In this document: one piece after another, positions 12,635-25,224 of the stretch
Numbering within the stretch: the first letter of the stretch is position 1
Layout: every line of letters starts with the position of its first letter
DNA from: Mobula hypostoma
Taxonomy: Eukaryota
DNA: 64,000 bases
Direction of reading: 5' to 3'
Assembly (NCBI RefSeq): GCF_963921235.1
Contig: NC_086108.1
Coordinates: 73,348,001 to 73,412,000 of the forward strand
Position numbers and translations under genes: made by a program
Notes under the pieces: generated by a model
What the model was told of the DNA's origin: nothing
The model's database searches: none
What the model saw: the letters and a program-made list of their open reading frames with translations, nothing else

Positions 12635-13569
12635 ATGCCTGCAGGGTTAGTGCTTTGTTCAGGGTGTCAGAGGTGGGAATCCTGGGAGACCTCCAGCCTC
12701 CCTGATGGCCACATCTGCGCCAGGTGCACTGAGTTGCAGCTCCTCAGAGACCGTGTTAGGGATCTGGAGCTGCAGCTTGATGACCTACTGCTTATTAGGG
12801 AAAGTGAAGAGGTGATAGACAGGAGCTACAGGGAGGTAGTCATCCCTAGGCTACAGGGGTCAGAAAACTGGGTCACTGTCAAGAGAGGGAAGGGAAATGC
12901 CCGGATAGTGGAGAGCACCCCTGTGGCTGTCCCGTCAGCAACAAATATCTTGTTCTGGATGCTGTTGAGGGGGATGACCTGACAGGGGACGTCCACGGTG
13001 ACCGGGTCTTTGGCACTGAGCCTGGCGCTGTTGTGCAGGACAGAAGGAGGGAGAAGAGAAATGCGGTAGTCGTAGGGGATTCCATAGTCAGGGGAACGGA
13101 CAGGAAATTCTGTGAGCCTGATAGAGATACCCACATGGTGTATTGCCTCCCAGGTGCCAGGGTACGGGATGTCTCGGATCGGGTCCTGAATATTCTAAAG
13201 GGGGAGGGTGAGCAGCCAGTTGTCTTGGTACATATTGGTACCAATGACATAGATAGGACAAAGGAGGAGGTCCTGAAGAGAGATTTCCAGGAGTTAGGAA
13301 GGAAGCTGAGAAGCAGGACCTCCAGGGTAGTAATCTCAGGATTGCTACGTGTGCCAAGTGCTAGCGAGGGCAAGAATAGTAGGATCAGGCAGATGAATGC
13401 GTGGCTGAGAGACTGATGTAGGGGGCAGGGCTTCAGATTCTTGGATAATTGGGATCTCTTCTGGGGGAAGTATGACCTGTTCAAAAAGGACAGGTTACAC
13501 CTGAACCCGAAGGGGACCAATATCCTGGCGGGAAAGTTTAATAGAGCTGCTAGGGAGGGTTTAAACTAA
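12635..13569 (+). pseudogene. CR1 ORF1: CxxC..CxxC zinc finger, coiled coil, SGNH esterase (one frameshift ~12935, one premature TGA at 13414)
   Basis: CSGC...CARC, LRDRVRDLELQLDDL; esterase blocks VVGDS, LPGA, HIGTND, DRLHLN; ends GGT TTA AAC TAA. Confidence 0.9.
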
Positions 13570-16514
13570 TTTGGCAGGAGGATGGGAACCGGAATGACAG
13601 AGCGGAGGAAGGGGAAACCAGAAATAAATCTAAGATAGTGAGCAGTAAAGATGTCAGGAAAGACAGGCAGGTGATGGGGCAAATTTGTAGCCACTGGGAT
13701 GAGTTGCAGTGCAATAAAGTTGCAGTGAAATCAAAACAAAAAGTATCAAATACTGGTCTTAAGGTGTTGTACTTAAATGCACGCAGCATAAAGAGTAAGA
13801 TGGATGATCTTGTCGTACAGCTACAGATTGGCAGGTATGATATTGCGGCCATCACTGAGACCTGGCTAAAGGATGCACGTCTCTGGGAGCTGAACGTCCA
13901 AGGATACACGGTGTATCGGAAGGATAGGAAGGTAGGCAGAGGGGGAGGCGTGGCTTTATTGGTAAGAAATGATATTAAATCATTAGAAAGAGGTGATATA
14001 GGATTGGAAGGTGCAGAATCTTTATAGGTTGAGCTATGAAATTGCAGGGGTAAAAGGACCCTGATGGCAGTTATTTATAGGCCTCCAAACAGCTGCAGGG
14101 ATGTGGACTACAAATTACAACAGGAAATAGAAAAGGCTTGTCAGAAGGGCAGTGTTATGATAATTGTGGGGGATTTTAACTTGCGAGTGGATTGAGAAAA
14201 TCAGGTCGGCACTGGATCTCAAGAGAGAGAATTTGTAGAATGTCTGCAAGATGGCTTTTTAGAACAGCTTGTTGTTGAGCCCACTAGGGGATCGGCTGTA
14301 CTGGATTGGGAATTGTGTAATGAACCGGAGGTGGTTAGAGAAATTGAGGTGAAGGAACCCTTAGGAGGCAGTGATCATAACATGATTGAATTCACTGTGA
14401 AATTTGAAAAAGAGAAGCTGAAATCTGATGTGTCGGTATTCCAGTGGAGTAAAGGAAATTACAGTGGCATGAGAGAGAAACTGGCTGAAGTTGACTGGAA
14501 AGGGACACTGGCGGGCAAGACAGCAGAGCAGCAGTGGCTGGAGTTTATGCAAGAAATGAGGAAGGTGCAAGACAGGTATATTCCCAAAAAGAAGAAATTT
14601 TCGAGTGGAAAAAGGATGCAACCATGGTTGACAAGAGAAGTCAAAGCCAAAGTTAAAGCAAAGGAGAGGGCATACAAGGAAGCAAAAATTATTGGGAAGA
14701 CAGAGGATTGGGAAGTTTTTAGAACCTTACAAAAGGAAACCAAGAAGATCATTAAGAGGGAAAAGATTAACTATGAAAGGAAGATGGCAAATAATATCAA
14801 AGAGGATACTGAAAGCTTTTTCAAGTATATAAAGAGTAAAAGACAGGTGAGAGTAGATATAGGACCGATAGAAAATGATGCTGGAGAAATTGTAATGGGA
14901 GATAAGGAGATGGCAGAGGAACTGAACGAGTATTTTGCATCAGTCTTCACTGAGGAAGACATCAGCAGTATACCGGACACTCAAGGGTGGCAGGGAAGAG
15001 AAGCGTGCACAGTCACAATTACAACAGAGGAAGTACTCAGGAAGCTGAATAGTCTAAAGGTCGATAAATCTCCTGGACCAGATGGAATGCACCCTCGTGT
15101 TCTGAAGGAAGTAGCTGTGGAGATTGCGGAGGCATTAGCGATGATCTTTCAAAAGTCGATAGATTCTGGTATGGTTCCGGAGGACTGGAAGAGTGCAAAT
15201 GTCACTCCACTATTTAAGAAGGGGGCAAGGAAGCACAAAGGAAATTATAGACCTGTTAGCTTGACATCGGTGGTTGGGAAGTTGTTGGAGTTGATTGTCA
15301 AGGATGGGGTTACAGAGTACCTGGAGACATATGACAAGATAGGCAGAACTCAGCATGGATTCCTTAAAGGAAAATCCTGCCTGACAAACCTATTACAATT
15401 TTTTGAGGAAATTACCAGTAGGCTAGACAAGGGAGATGCAGTGGATGTTGTATATTTGGATTTTCAGAAGGCCTTTGACAAGGTGCCACACATGAGGCTA
15501 TTTAACAAGATAAGACCCCATGGAATTATGGAAAAGTTACATACATGGATAGAGCGTTGGCTGATTGGCAGGAAACAGAGAGTGGGAATAAAGGGATCTT
15601 ATTCTGGTTGGCTGCTGGTTACCAGTGGTGTTCCACAGGAGTCCGTGTTGGGGCCGCTTCTTTTTACATTGTACATCAACGATTTGGATTATGGAATGGA
15701 TGGCTTTGTGGCTAAGTTTGCTGACGATACGAAGATAGGTGGAGGGGCCGGTAGTGCTGAGGAAACGGAGAGTCTGCAGAGAGACTTGGATAGATTGGAA
15801 GAATGGGCAGAGAAGTGGCAAATGAAGTATAATGTTGGAATGTGTATGGTTATGCACTTTGGCAGAAAAAATAAATGGGCAGACTATTATTTAAATAGGG
15901 AAAGAATTCAAAGTTCTGAGATGCAACCGGACTTGGGAGTCCTCGTACAGGATACCCTTAAAGTTAACCTCCAGGTTGAGTCAGTAGTGAAGAAGGCGAA
16001 TGCAATGTTGGCATTCATTTCTAGAGGAATAGAGTATAGGAGCAGGGATGTGATGTTGAGGCTCTATAAGGTGCTGGTGAGACCTCACTTGGTGTACTGT
16101 GGGCAGTTTTGGTCTCCTTATTTAAGAAAAGATGTACTCACGTTGGAGAGGGTACAGAGAAGATTCACTAGAATGATTCCGGGAATGAGAGGGTTAACAT
16201 ATGAGGAACATTTGTCCGCTCTTAGACTGTATTCCTTGGAGTTTAGAAGAATGAGGGGAGACCTCATAGAAACATTTTGAATGTTGAAAGGCATGGACAG
16301 AGTGGATGTGGCAAAGTTGTTTCCCATGATGGGGGAGTCTAATACGAGAGGGCATGACTTAAGGATTGAAGGGCACCCATTCAGAACAGAAATGCGAAGA
16401 GATTTTTTTAGTCAGAGGGTGGTGAATCTATGGAATTTGTTGCCACGGGCAGCAGTGGAGGCCAAGTCATTGGGTATATTTAAGGCAGAGATTGATAGGT
16501 ATCTGAGTAGCTAG
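13560..16514 (+). pseudogene. CR1 ORF2: APE endonuclease + reverse transcriptase (several premature stops)
   Basis: YLNARSI, ITETWL, GGGVALLV, GSDHN, KSPGPDG, YLDFQKAFDKV, KFADDTK; stops at ~14025, ~14037, ~14193 and 16278. Confidence 0.95.
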
Positions 16515-17419
16515 GGCATCAAAGGTTATGGTGAGAAGGCGGGGGAGTGGGACTAAATGGGAGAATGGATCAGCTCATGATAAAATGGCGGAGCAGACTC
16601 GATGTGTCGAACGGCCGACTTCTGCTCCTTTGTCTTATGGTCTTATGGTCTTTTAATTTTCCTTCTTGGGTTTAGTGATAAGTTGGTATTTCATGACATT
16701 GAGGGTTTATACAGGGAGAAATGATATCTTCCATTCCTTATTGCTGATACTACATCCCATTTATTTTTCTGAAGCCAATAGGGTCAAGTGCTAACAGTTG
16801 GTTGGCAGAGCATTAAATCCAAAGATATTTAAAATATTGGTTCACTTTGTGGTTCGTTGTACTAAGGTCCCCTCGATCTTTTAGCTTCCAGTAATTGATC
16901 AATGGGGGTTTCTATCTCCATGAATTCACCACAGTGCTTTAATATTGTTCACTTTCTAATATATGAATAGGATACATAATATCAAGTCCACCCAAGCACT
17001 AAAAATTCTTTAACATGAGGTTCAAGAGGATTCACCACTCTGCAATGGACACCATGCAGCATCCTATGAATTAGAAAATGTGTTGCCATGCTCTGAGCCA
17101 GATTCATGTACAAACCTTGTGATAATAATCTTCTCCAGCCCCCCCCCCCCAGAGAGGAAGGGAGGAAGGGAGGGCAAATCAAGGGAGAGCACTAGAGAAA
17201 AGATGACAGGGAAGAAATGATCAGAGGTCATGGAGAACGCAAGGAGTGAGGGGAAGAGAGTTGATCTTGGGGTAATTTGTGGGTTAGGGAGAGAACCATG
17301 GCATGTTCAAAGGAAGATTGAAGTAAGTGAACTTTAATAGATTTGAATATTTATACAGTCTGAAAACATGCCCTTCAACTCAACTTGTTGATGCCTGTTA
17401 GAGATTATTGACGAGTTAC

Positions 17420-17815
17420 AGAATTTTATGAATATATCAGATATTAATTCAAATGAGATCCATTCTTTAGTTCTTAATGTAAATTACAAACAGTCAGTTT
17501 GATGTTGAAGGGGCCCCTTTGCAAATAAGCAATACTATCTGTAGAGCTCAGGCTGGCCCACAACAGGGCACTGACTGGTTGGAGATTATGGTTTGCAAGC
17601 AAAATGACCATGAGATGTTCTCTGGTATCAGCCAAAGGTTAAGCATTAACTGGTCTGCATCAAACCAGGCAATTATGGCTAAGTTATTTGCAATATTGTA
17701 AAAATTTCAACGAAGCTTAAAGACCAGACTGATATTGAGACTTAACACATCAAATTGCTGATCATTCAATAGTTGGGAGATATGTGTACACAGAGAGTCA
17801 GACTTCACAACCCTA
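17420..17815 (+). mobile_element. Diverged partial copy of the LTR family seen at 56629-58541
   Basis: Shared collinear blocks TCAGATATT..TTCAAAT, TTCTTAATGTAA, GCTGGCCCACA, ATGGTTTGCAA, CTGCATCAAACCAG, CTAAGTTATTTGCA, TAGTTGGGA..TGTGTAC. Confidence 0.7.
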
Positions 17816-17974
17816 ATCTTGGGCAACCTGGTCTCCATCCTCAGAAGGTTTTAGATTCTCTGTGAGAATTAGTTTATCCACACAAGGTGTTTGAACCTTC
17901 AGAGGTACCTTATCAATTGCAATATGCTTCCATTGTAGATATGTATGTACTGTACCATTTGTCAGACACAAAAA

Positions 17975-20930
17975 ATTGAATTGAATTGAATTGACTTTAT
18001 TTCTTACATCCTTCACATACATGGGGACTAAACTTGTTTACACTTCATCTCCACCTAAATGCGCAATGTACAATCATAGTAATTTATAATAATTTATATT
18101 CAATAGAACAGTGTAATATAGAGTACACTCAAATCAGTATGAGTTCATCAGTCTGATGGCCTAGTGGAAAAAGCTGTCCCAGAGACAATTGGTCCTGGTT
18201 GATACCATCCAGGTATCGCTTCCTGGATGGTAGCAGCTGGAATAGATTGTAGTTGGGTCCCCAATGATCCTACGAGCCCTTTTTACACACCCGTCCTTGT
18301 AAATGTCCTGAATAATGGGAAGTTCACAACTACAGATGCACTGGACTGTCCGCACCACTCTCTGCAGAATCCTGCGATTAAGGGATGTACAGTTCTCATA
18401 CCAGACAGTGATGCAGCCAGTCAGGATGCTCTCATTTGTGTCCCTGTGGAAGGTTTTAAGGATCTGGGGGCCTTCCTCAACCGTCTGAGATGAAAGAGGT
18501 GCTTTTGTGCATTTTTCACCACACAGCTGGTGTGTACAGACCACGTGAGGTCCTCAGTGATGTGGATGCCAAGGAACTTAAAGCTGTTTACCCTCTCAAC
18601 CCCAGATCCATTGATGTATTGATGTCAATAGGGGTTAGCCTGTCTCCATTCTTTCTGTAATCCACAACCACCTCCTTTGTTTTTGCGATATTGAGGGAGA
18701 GGTTGTTTTCTTGACACCACTGTGTCAGAGAGGTGACTTCTTCCCTGTAGGCCACCTCATTATTGTTTGAGATAAGGCCAATCAATGTAGTGTTGTCAGC
18801 AAATTTAACTGGCAGATTGGAGCTGTGGGTGGCGATACAGTCATGGGTATACAGGGAGTAAAGGAGAGGACTAAGTAGACATTCCTGTGGGGCTCCTGTA
18901 CTGAGAGTCAGAGGGTTGGAGGTGAGGGAACCCACTCTTACAGCCTGCTGACGATCTGACAGGAAGTCCAGGATCCAGCTGCACAAGGCAGGGTGAAGGC
19001 CGAGGTCTCTGAGCTTCCTTTCGAGCCTAGATGGAATTATGGTGTTGAATGCTGAACTGTAGTCCAAGAACAGCATTCTCACATAAGGATCCTTCTTCTC
19101 CAGATGTGTAAGGACAGTATGTAGAGCAGTGGCTATTGCGTCGTCTGTCAATCAGTTGTGTCAGTAGGTGAATTGTGAGGGGTCCAGTGTGGGTGGTAGC
19201 AAGCTGCAGATGTAATCCTTGACCAGCCTCTCAAAGCATGTGCTTATTATTGAGGTGAGTGCGACAGGACGTCAGTCGTTCAGGCATGTTACCGTGGTCT
19301 TTTTTGGTACAGGGAAAATAGTGGATAATTTGAAACAGAAGGGCACTCTACACTGGGAGAGGGAGAGATTAAAAACGTCTGTAAACACACCTGCCAGTTG
19401 TGCTGCACGCATCCTAAGTATTCGCCCTGGGATGCTGTCCGGTCCCGCAGTCCTGCGACTGTCCACTCATTGGAAACATCTGTGTACCTCAGCCTCAGAG
19501 ATGAACAGGTTGCAGGTTGTAGCGGTGGCTTTCCTCGGAGGCTCAGAGTTAGCGACATCGAACCGAGCGTAAAAGCATTTGAGCTCATCTGGGAGAGAGG
19601 CCGCAATGTTGGAGGCACCACAACGTTTGGCTTTGAAGCCTGTGCTGGTATGCAGCCCTCGCCACAAGTCACATGTGCTATTCGTTGTGAACCTTGACTC
19701 AATCTTCTCCCTATATTGTTGTTTCGGAGTCTTTGATAGGTTTGCGCAAATCGTAGCTGCTTTTCTTGAGCTCTTGTTGAGCTCCAGCGATGTAAGCTTG
19801 ATGTGACGCTGTAAGTGCTGCTCGCCCGGAACTATTAATCCAGGGTTTCTGTTTGGGAAACCCTGACCGACTTCTGGGGGACAACATCGTCGATGCACTT
19901 CCAGATGAAGCACGTGACTCCATCAGTGAACTTGGAGATATCCTCATCATGGAAGACTTTCCAGTCGACATCATCGAAGCAGTCCTGCAGCATGGAGGCC
20001 GATTGGTCAGACCAACAGTGGACAGTTTTAACTATGGCTGCCTCTTGTTTCAGCTTCTGCTTGTACATCAAGAGAAGCAGGATCAAAGAGTGGTCTGATT
20101 TTCCAAAAGCTGGATGGATCAGCGCTTTGTAAGCATTACGAAAGGCAGTGTAACAGTGGTCGAGGTGGTATCTCCACGAGTGCTCACCTGGATGTGCTGA
20201 CAAAACTTCGGAGAGACTTTCGTCAGCGACACTCGGTTAAGGTCATTGGTGACGATGAAGACAGCCTCTGGGTGTGCAGTCTCCAGCTTGATGATGGTCT
20301 CATATAGTTCCTTGAGAGCCAGGTCAGTATCAGCCTGTGGCAGAATGTACACCGCTGTGATGATAACAGCCGTGAGCTCCCTAGGCAGCCAGTAGGGTCT
20401 GCACAGCAGCACCAGATATTCCAAGTCTGGGGAACAAAAGGATTTGAGTGCATGCACATTCTGGGGATTGCACCAAGCATTGTTGACCATGAAGCACATC
20501 CCTCCTGCTTTACTCTTCCCAGAGAGGATTTTCAACCTGTCTGCCTGGAGCAGAGAGAACCCAGAGGGCTCGATGGCGTGATCCCGTATCTCCTCTCAGC
20601 CACGTCTCCACAAAGCACAAAACACTGCATTCCTTTGTTCCCCGCTGATTCTGGCTCTCAGTTCACAAAGCTTCTTATCCAGGGACTGAATGTTAGCCAG
20701 GAGTTTGCTAGGGAGTGGCAGTCGATTTGCATGCCGTCTCAGCCCCCCCAGGACGTTGGCCCTTCTCCCTCGCCTCCGGCACTTCTTCCGAGGCAGTGGC
20801 AGTGTGAGAGGTGAGCCACCCATGGATTGCACAAGCAGGGGATCTCAGTGTAGGAAAGCAGCCACATAGTGGGTAAATGCTGTCTTTCCGATGTTCAGAA
20901 GGGTCAGTCTATCATACCTGATGTGACTAT
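17975..20930 (-). mobile_element. Near full-length, degraded Rex/Babar LINE (APE + RT)
   Basis: [76 protein letters not shown]; (TTCAA)n tail at ~17975-17995. Confidence 0.9.
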
Positions 20931-21319
20931 CAGATCAACAATGTCATTGTAACTATGGCAATTTTATTAAATCACCAGCTGTACCTTTAAACTTAAGGTA
21001 TAAAAATGTGATATGCTTTGAAATTAGACAAGTTTCTCCAGAAGAATACCTGCTTGTAGGATGAATAAAGAATTTTATATCACCAGCGTCTGAGTCTCTC
21101 CATTGACTTATATCACAGTCACAACGATGATGATCAAGATGTTTATCTAGTACATGAATCCATCTTCTTTGCCTTTGGCCCAAATCCCTCTAAATCGTTC
21201 CTATCCATATATCTGTCCAAGTATTGTTCAAGTGTTGTGATTATGCCTGTCTCAATCACCTCCTCTAGCAGCTCCTTCCATTGACCCACTACCTTCTGTG
21301 TGAAAAAATAAATCAGATA

Positions 21320-21860
21320 GTTCTACTTCAGCACCACCGCAGCTGCTCTCTCCTGAAAGGACACAGCCCCAATCGCATTCACAATGATATTCTGTTACTG
21401 AGCGAATAACAATCCCGCACTTTCTGGATTTCCCGGTGCTCAGTCAGCCTCCTGTTGCCTATACCTGTGGACTAACCACCTCAGCAAAAGTCCTGCCTAT
21501 GATGATCTCGGCGTCACGGATGCTCTTCATTGAATCCAACGGCAGAGTCAGCTGTTGTTTGATCAGCTACAAACTGCACCTGGCCACTCTTCCCACCAGT
21601 AGAGTCACAAGGGACACAGAAAGTTTCCCTGAGCACCTACAGTCTGCAGGAGAAACAGGGGACTGCCTTGATAGATGTCTGGAAACCCACTAAGAATACA
21701 GAGGAAAGTTAAAGGTTTTTAGCTTCTCTTACCTGATCACCTCACAGAAGCCTCTCTCAACAAAAACTCAGTCTCAGCACTTCAGCCTCAAGGCCACCAC
21801 TCCCACAGTGACTGAACCAAAGTAACTGCTCAGTTCTTTTTAACCCACTCCTTTCCCCCT
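21320..21860 (-). mobile_element. Degraded CR1 5' UTR/ORF1 N-terminal remnant
   Basis: Minus-strand translation LDSMKSIRDAEIIIGRTFAEVVSPQV matches ORF1 LDDLLLIRESEEVIDRSYREVVIPRL at ~12780-12850. Confidence 0.6.
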
Positions 21861-21914
21861 TTCCAAGTGGTGCAGTCTGAAATTAATGAATTAAAGAACC
21901 GGGAAGTAGAGATA

Positions 21915-23743
21915 AGAGTGGTGTTTAAGAGGGGAGACTGAGATGGTAGGATTGAGGAAAAGATTTTCAATTATGTGAAGAAAAAAAGGATGACAGGAGT
22001 GAAGGTAGGACTGATTAGAGATAAAGGTGGGAGGATGTGCCTGGAGGCTGTGGAAGTGAGCGAGGTCCTCAATGAATACTCTCTTTGGTATTCACCAATG
22101 AGAGGGAACTTGATGACGGTGAGGACAATATGAGTGAGGTTGATGTTCTGGAGCATGTTGATATTAAGGGAGAGGAGGTGTTGGAGTTGTTAAAATACAT
22201 TAGGACAGATAAGTCCCCAGGGCCTGACGGAATATTCCCCAGGCTGCTCCACGAGGTGAGAGAAGAGATTACTGAGCCTCTGGCTAGGATCTTTATGTCC
22301 TCGTTGTCCACAGGAATGGTACCGGAGGATTGGAGGGAGGCGAATGTTGTCCCCTTGTTCAAAAAAGTTAGTAGGGATAGTCCGGGTGATGATAGACCAG
22401 TGAGCCTTACATCTGTGGTGGGAAAGCTGTTGGAAAAGATTCCTAGAGATAGGGTCTATGGCATTTAGAGAATCATGGTCTGATCAGGGACAGTCAGCAT
22501 GGCTTTGTGAAGGGCAGATCATGTCTAGCAAGCCTGATAGAGTTCTTTGAGGAGGTGACCAGGCATATAGATGAGGGTAGTGCAGTGGATGTGATCTATA
22601 TGGATTTTAGTAAGGCATTTGACAAGGTTCCACATGGTAGGCTTATTTAGAAGGCATAGGATCCAGGGAAGTTTGGACAGGTGGATTCAGAATTGGCTTG
22701 CCTGCAGAAGGCAGAGGGTCGTGGTGGAGGGAGTACATTCGGATTGGAGGATTGTGACTAGTGGTGTCCCACAAGGATCTGTTCTGGGACCTCTACTTTT
22801 CGTGATTTTTATTAACAACTTGGATGTGGGGGAAGAAGGCTGGGTTGGCAAGTTTGCAGACGACACAAAGGTTGCTGGTGTTGTAGATAGTGTAGAGGAT
22901 TGTCGAAGACTGCAGAGAGACATTGACAGGATGCAGAAGTGGGCTGAGAAGTGGCAGATGGAGTTCAACCCAGAGAAGTGTGAGGTGGTGCACTTTGGAA
23001 GGACAAACTCCAAGGCAGGGTACAAAGTAAATGGCAGGATACTTGGTAGTATGGAGGAGCAGAGGGATCTGGGGGTACATGTCCACAGATCCCTGAAAGT
23101 TGCCTCACAGGTAGATAGGGTAGTTAAGAAAGCTTATGGGGGGTTAGCTTTCATAGGTCGAGGGATAGAGTTTAAGAGTTGCGATGTAATGATGCAGCTC
23201 TATAAAACTCTGGTTAGGCCACACTAGGAGTACTGTGTCCAGTTCTGGTCGTCTCACTATAGGAAGGATGTGGAAGCATCAGAAAGGGCACAGAGGAGAT
23301 TTACCAGGATGCTGCCTGGTTTAGAGAGTATGCATTATGATCAGAGATTAAGGGCTAGGGCTTTACTCTTTGGAAAGAAGGAGGATGAGAGGAGACATGA
23401 TAGAGGTGTACAAAGTAATAAGAGGAATAGATAGAGTGGATAGTCAGCGCCTCTTCCCCAGGGCACCACTGAGGACATGGCTTTAAAATAAGGGGTGGGA
23501 AGTTCAAGGGGGATATTAGAGGACGGTTTTTTACTCAGAGAGTGTTTGATGCATGGAATGCACTGCCTGAGTCAGTGGTGGAAGCAGATACACTAGTGAA
23601 GTTTAAGAGACTACTAGACAGGTGTATGGAGGAATTTAAAGGTTGGGGGGTTATATGGGAGGCAGGGTTTGAGGGTCAGCACAACATTGTGGGCCGAAGG
23701 GCCTGTACTGTACTGTATTATTCTATGTTCTATGTTCTATGTT
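21915..23743 (+). mobile_element. 5'-truncated CR1 LINE, second subfamily with (TTCTATG)n tail
   Basis: KSPGPDGIFPRLL, SGVPQGSVLGPLLF, KFADDTK, LVRPH; tail TTCTATGTTCTATGTTCTATG at 23721-23741. Confidence 0.92.
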
Positions 23744-24754
23744 AAGCTATAAAAGCATCAGCAGTGGTGGGAGTCCAGAGAGACATTTGACGTCTAAGCT
23801 TTTCAAGGAGCAGGAAGGAGAATAAGGGGATGGAAAGGAAAATACTGGAGAAGAAATCATGAAGCTTTGTGCTTAGAGAAACTCCTAGAGCTGAAGTTGT
23901 AAACAGTGAATATGCACAAGCAATCATGCGCCTGACTTGTTGGATGTGTGTGTGTGTGCCCCCCGCTCCCACACACAGACAGATGATTACATTGCAAATT
24001 GCAAACAAAGTGCAAGGATTGAATTACCAATAAAATTCTATCACAATGTCTAAATCTACTGTACAGACATATTTCTAAGCCCGATCGTGGAAATCCTAGC
24101 AAAGATTTGCTAACTGGAAATTGTGCAAGAGTTCTCAAGAGTAACATTCAAATAGCACTGACCACAGCAAAATCAATAAAGCAGAGAGGAGCCTGAAAGA
24201 TAACTTGAAAGAGTGAATGACAAAGAGAGTTGAGGCCTAAAACTGAGCTATGGTTTTTCCTTCCTGATCCTGAGTACAGACAATTAATGGAGAGTCTCAT
24301 CAGGTAAAGATGCTACATTTAAATCTTGTATAGACTTGACTTCACAATGAATTAGAAGCATTTTTTTGTCCCCCCCATCTGGTCTCAGTTTGATTGCTTC
24401 CATTATTTTGGACATGCTTGAGGTTCTTCTATGATTGTTCATATCCTTCTTTTCAGCAATATTACTTAATGGGCCAGTTGCAGTCATAAATGGATACAGC
24501 GATAGTTCATTATTCAGGCATTGTAATCCATCTATTAAAGAAAAGGAAAAGTATGTTTATACAGCATCACATCTTTCAGAAATGATTCAGTGACATGGAA
24601 ATAACTACTTTTAAATGGAGTAATCTATTATGTAGGCAAATAGACCCAGCGCTTATCAGTCTTGGTACATTGACTTGAATGGGACAAATGCTTGCTAAAG
24701 TATTTCCTTCCACCATAATAGAAGAGCAAGAATTGGACCTTTTGTTCTCAAAGT

Positions 24755-25222
24755 CCTAAGTTAAAAGTAAATTTATTATCGAAGAACATACACTATGTGC
24801 TACCATATACAACCCTGAAATTCATTTTCTTGCAGGCAATTACAGTAAATACAAGAAACGCAATAGAATCAATGAAAGACCAGACCCAACAGGGCAGACA
24901 ACAACCAATATGCAAAATCAAAACAACAAACTGTGCAAATACAAATAAGAAAGAGAAAAGAGGAAATAATAATAAATAGGCAATAAATATTGAGAACATG
25001 AGATGAAAAGTCCTTAAAAGTGAATCCAGTTCAGTGGGAACAGTTCAATGATGGGGCAAGTGAAGATGAGTGAAGTTATCCCCACTGGTTCAAGACCCTG
25101 ATGGTTGAGGGGTAATAACAGTTCCTGAGCCTGGTGGTGTGGGTTCTGAGACTTCTGTACCTTCCTTTCTGATGGCAGTACCAAGAAAACAGCATGGCCT
25201 GGATGGTGAAGGTCCTTGATAA
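24755..25222 (-). mobile_element. Rex/Babar-type LINE 3' fragment
   Basis: Rex-like 3' end and tail (...GATAATAAATTTACTTT on the minus strand), as in other copies. Confidence 0.65.
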
Positions 25223-25224
25223 TT

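Larger units (their letters stand above)
12413..16650 (+). mobile_element. Full-length CR1 LINE (5' UTR, ORF1, ORF2, (TCTTATGG)n tail)
   Basis: All domains present in order; candidate TSD TTTTAA at 12407-12412 and 16651-16656. Confidence 0.95.

Noticed and set aside
14313..16280. 655-aa ORF as a host gene or active RT
   Set aside because: It is a segment of CR1 ORF2 bounded by premature stops
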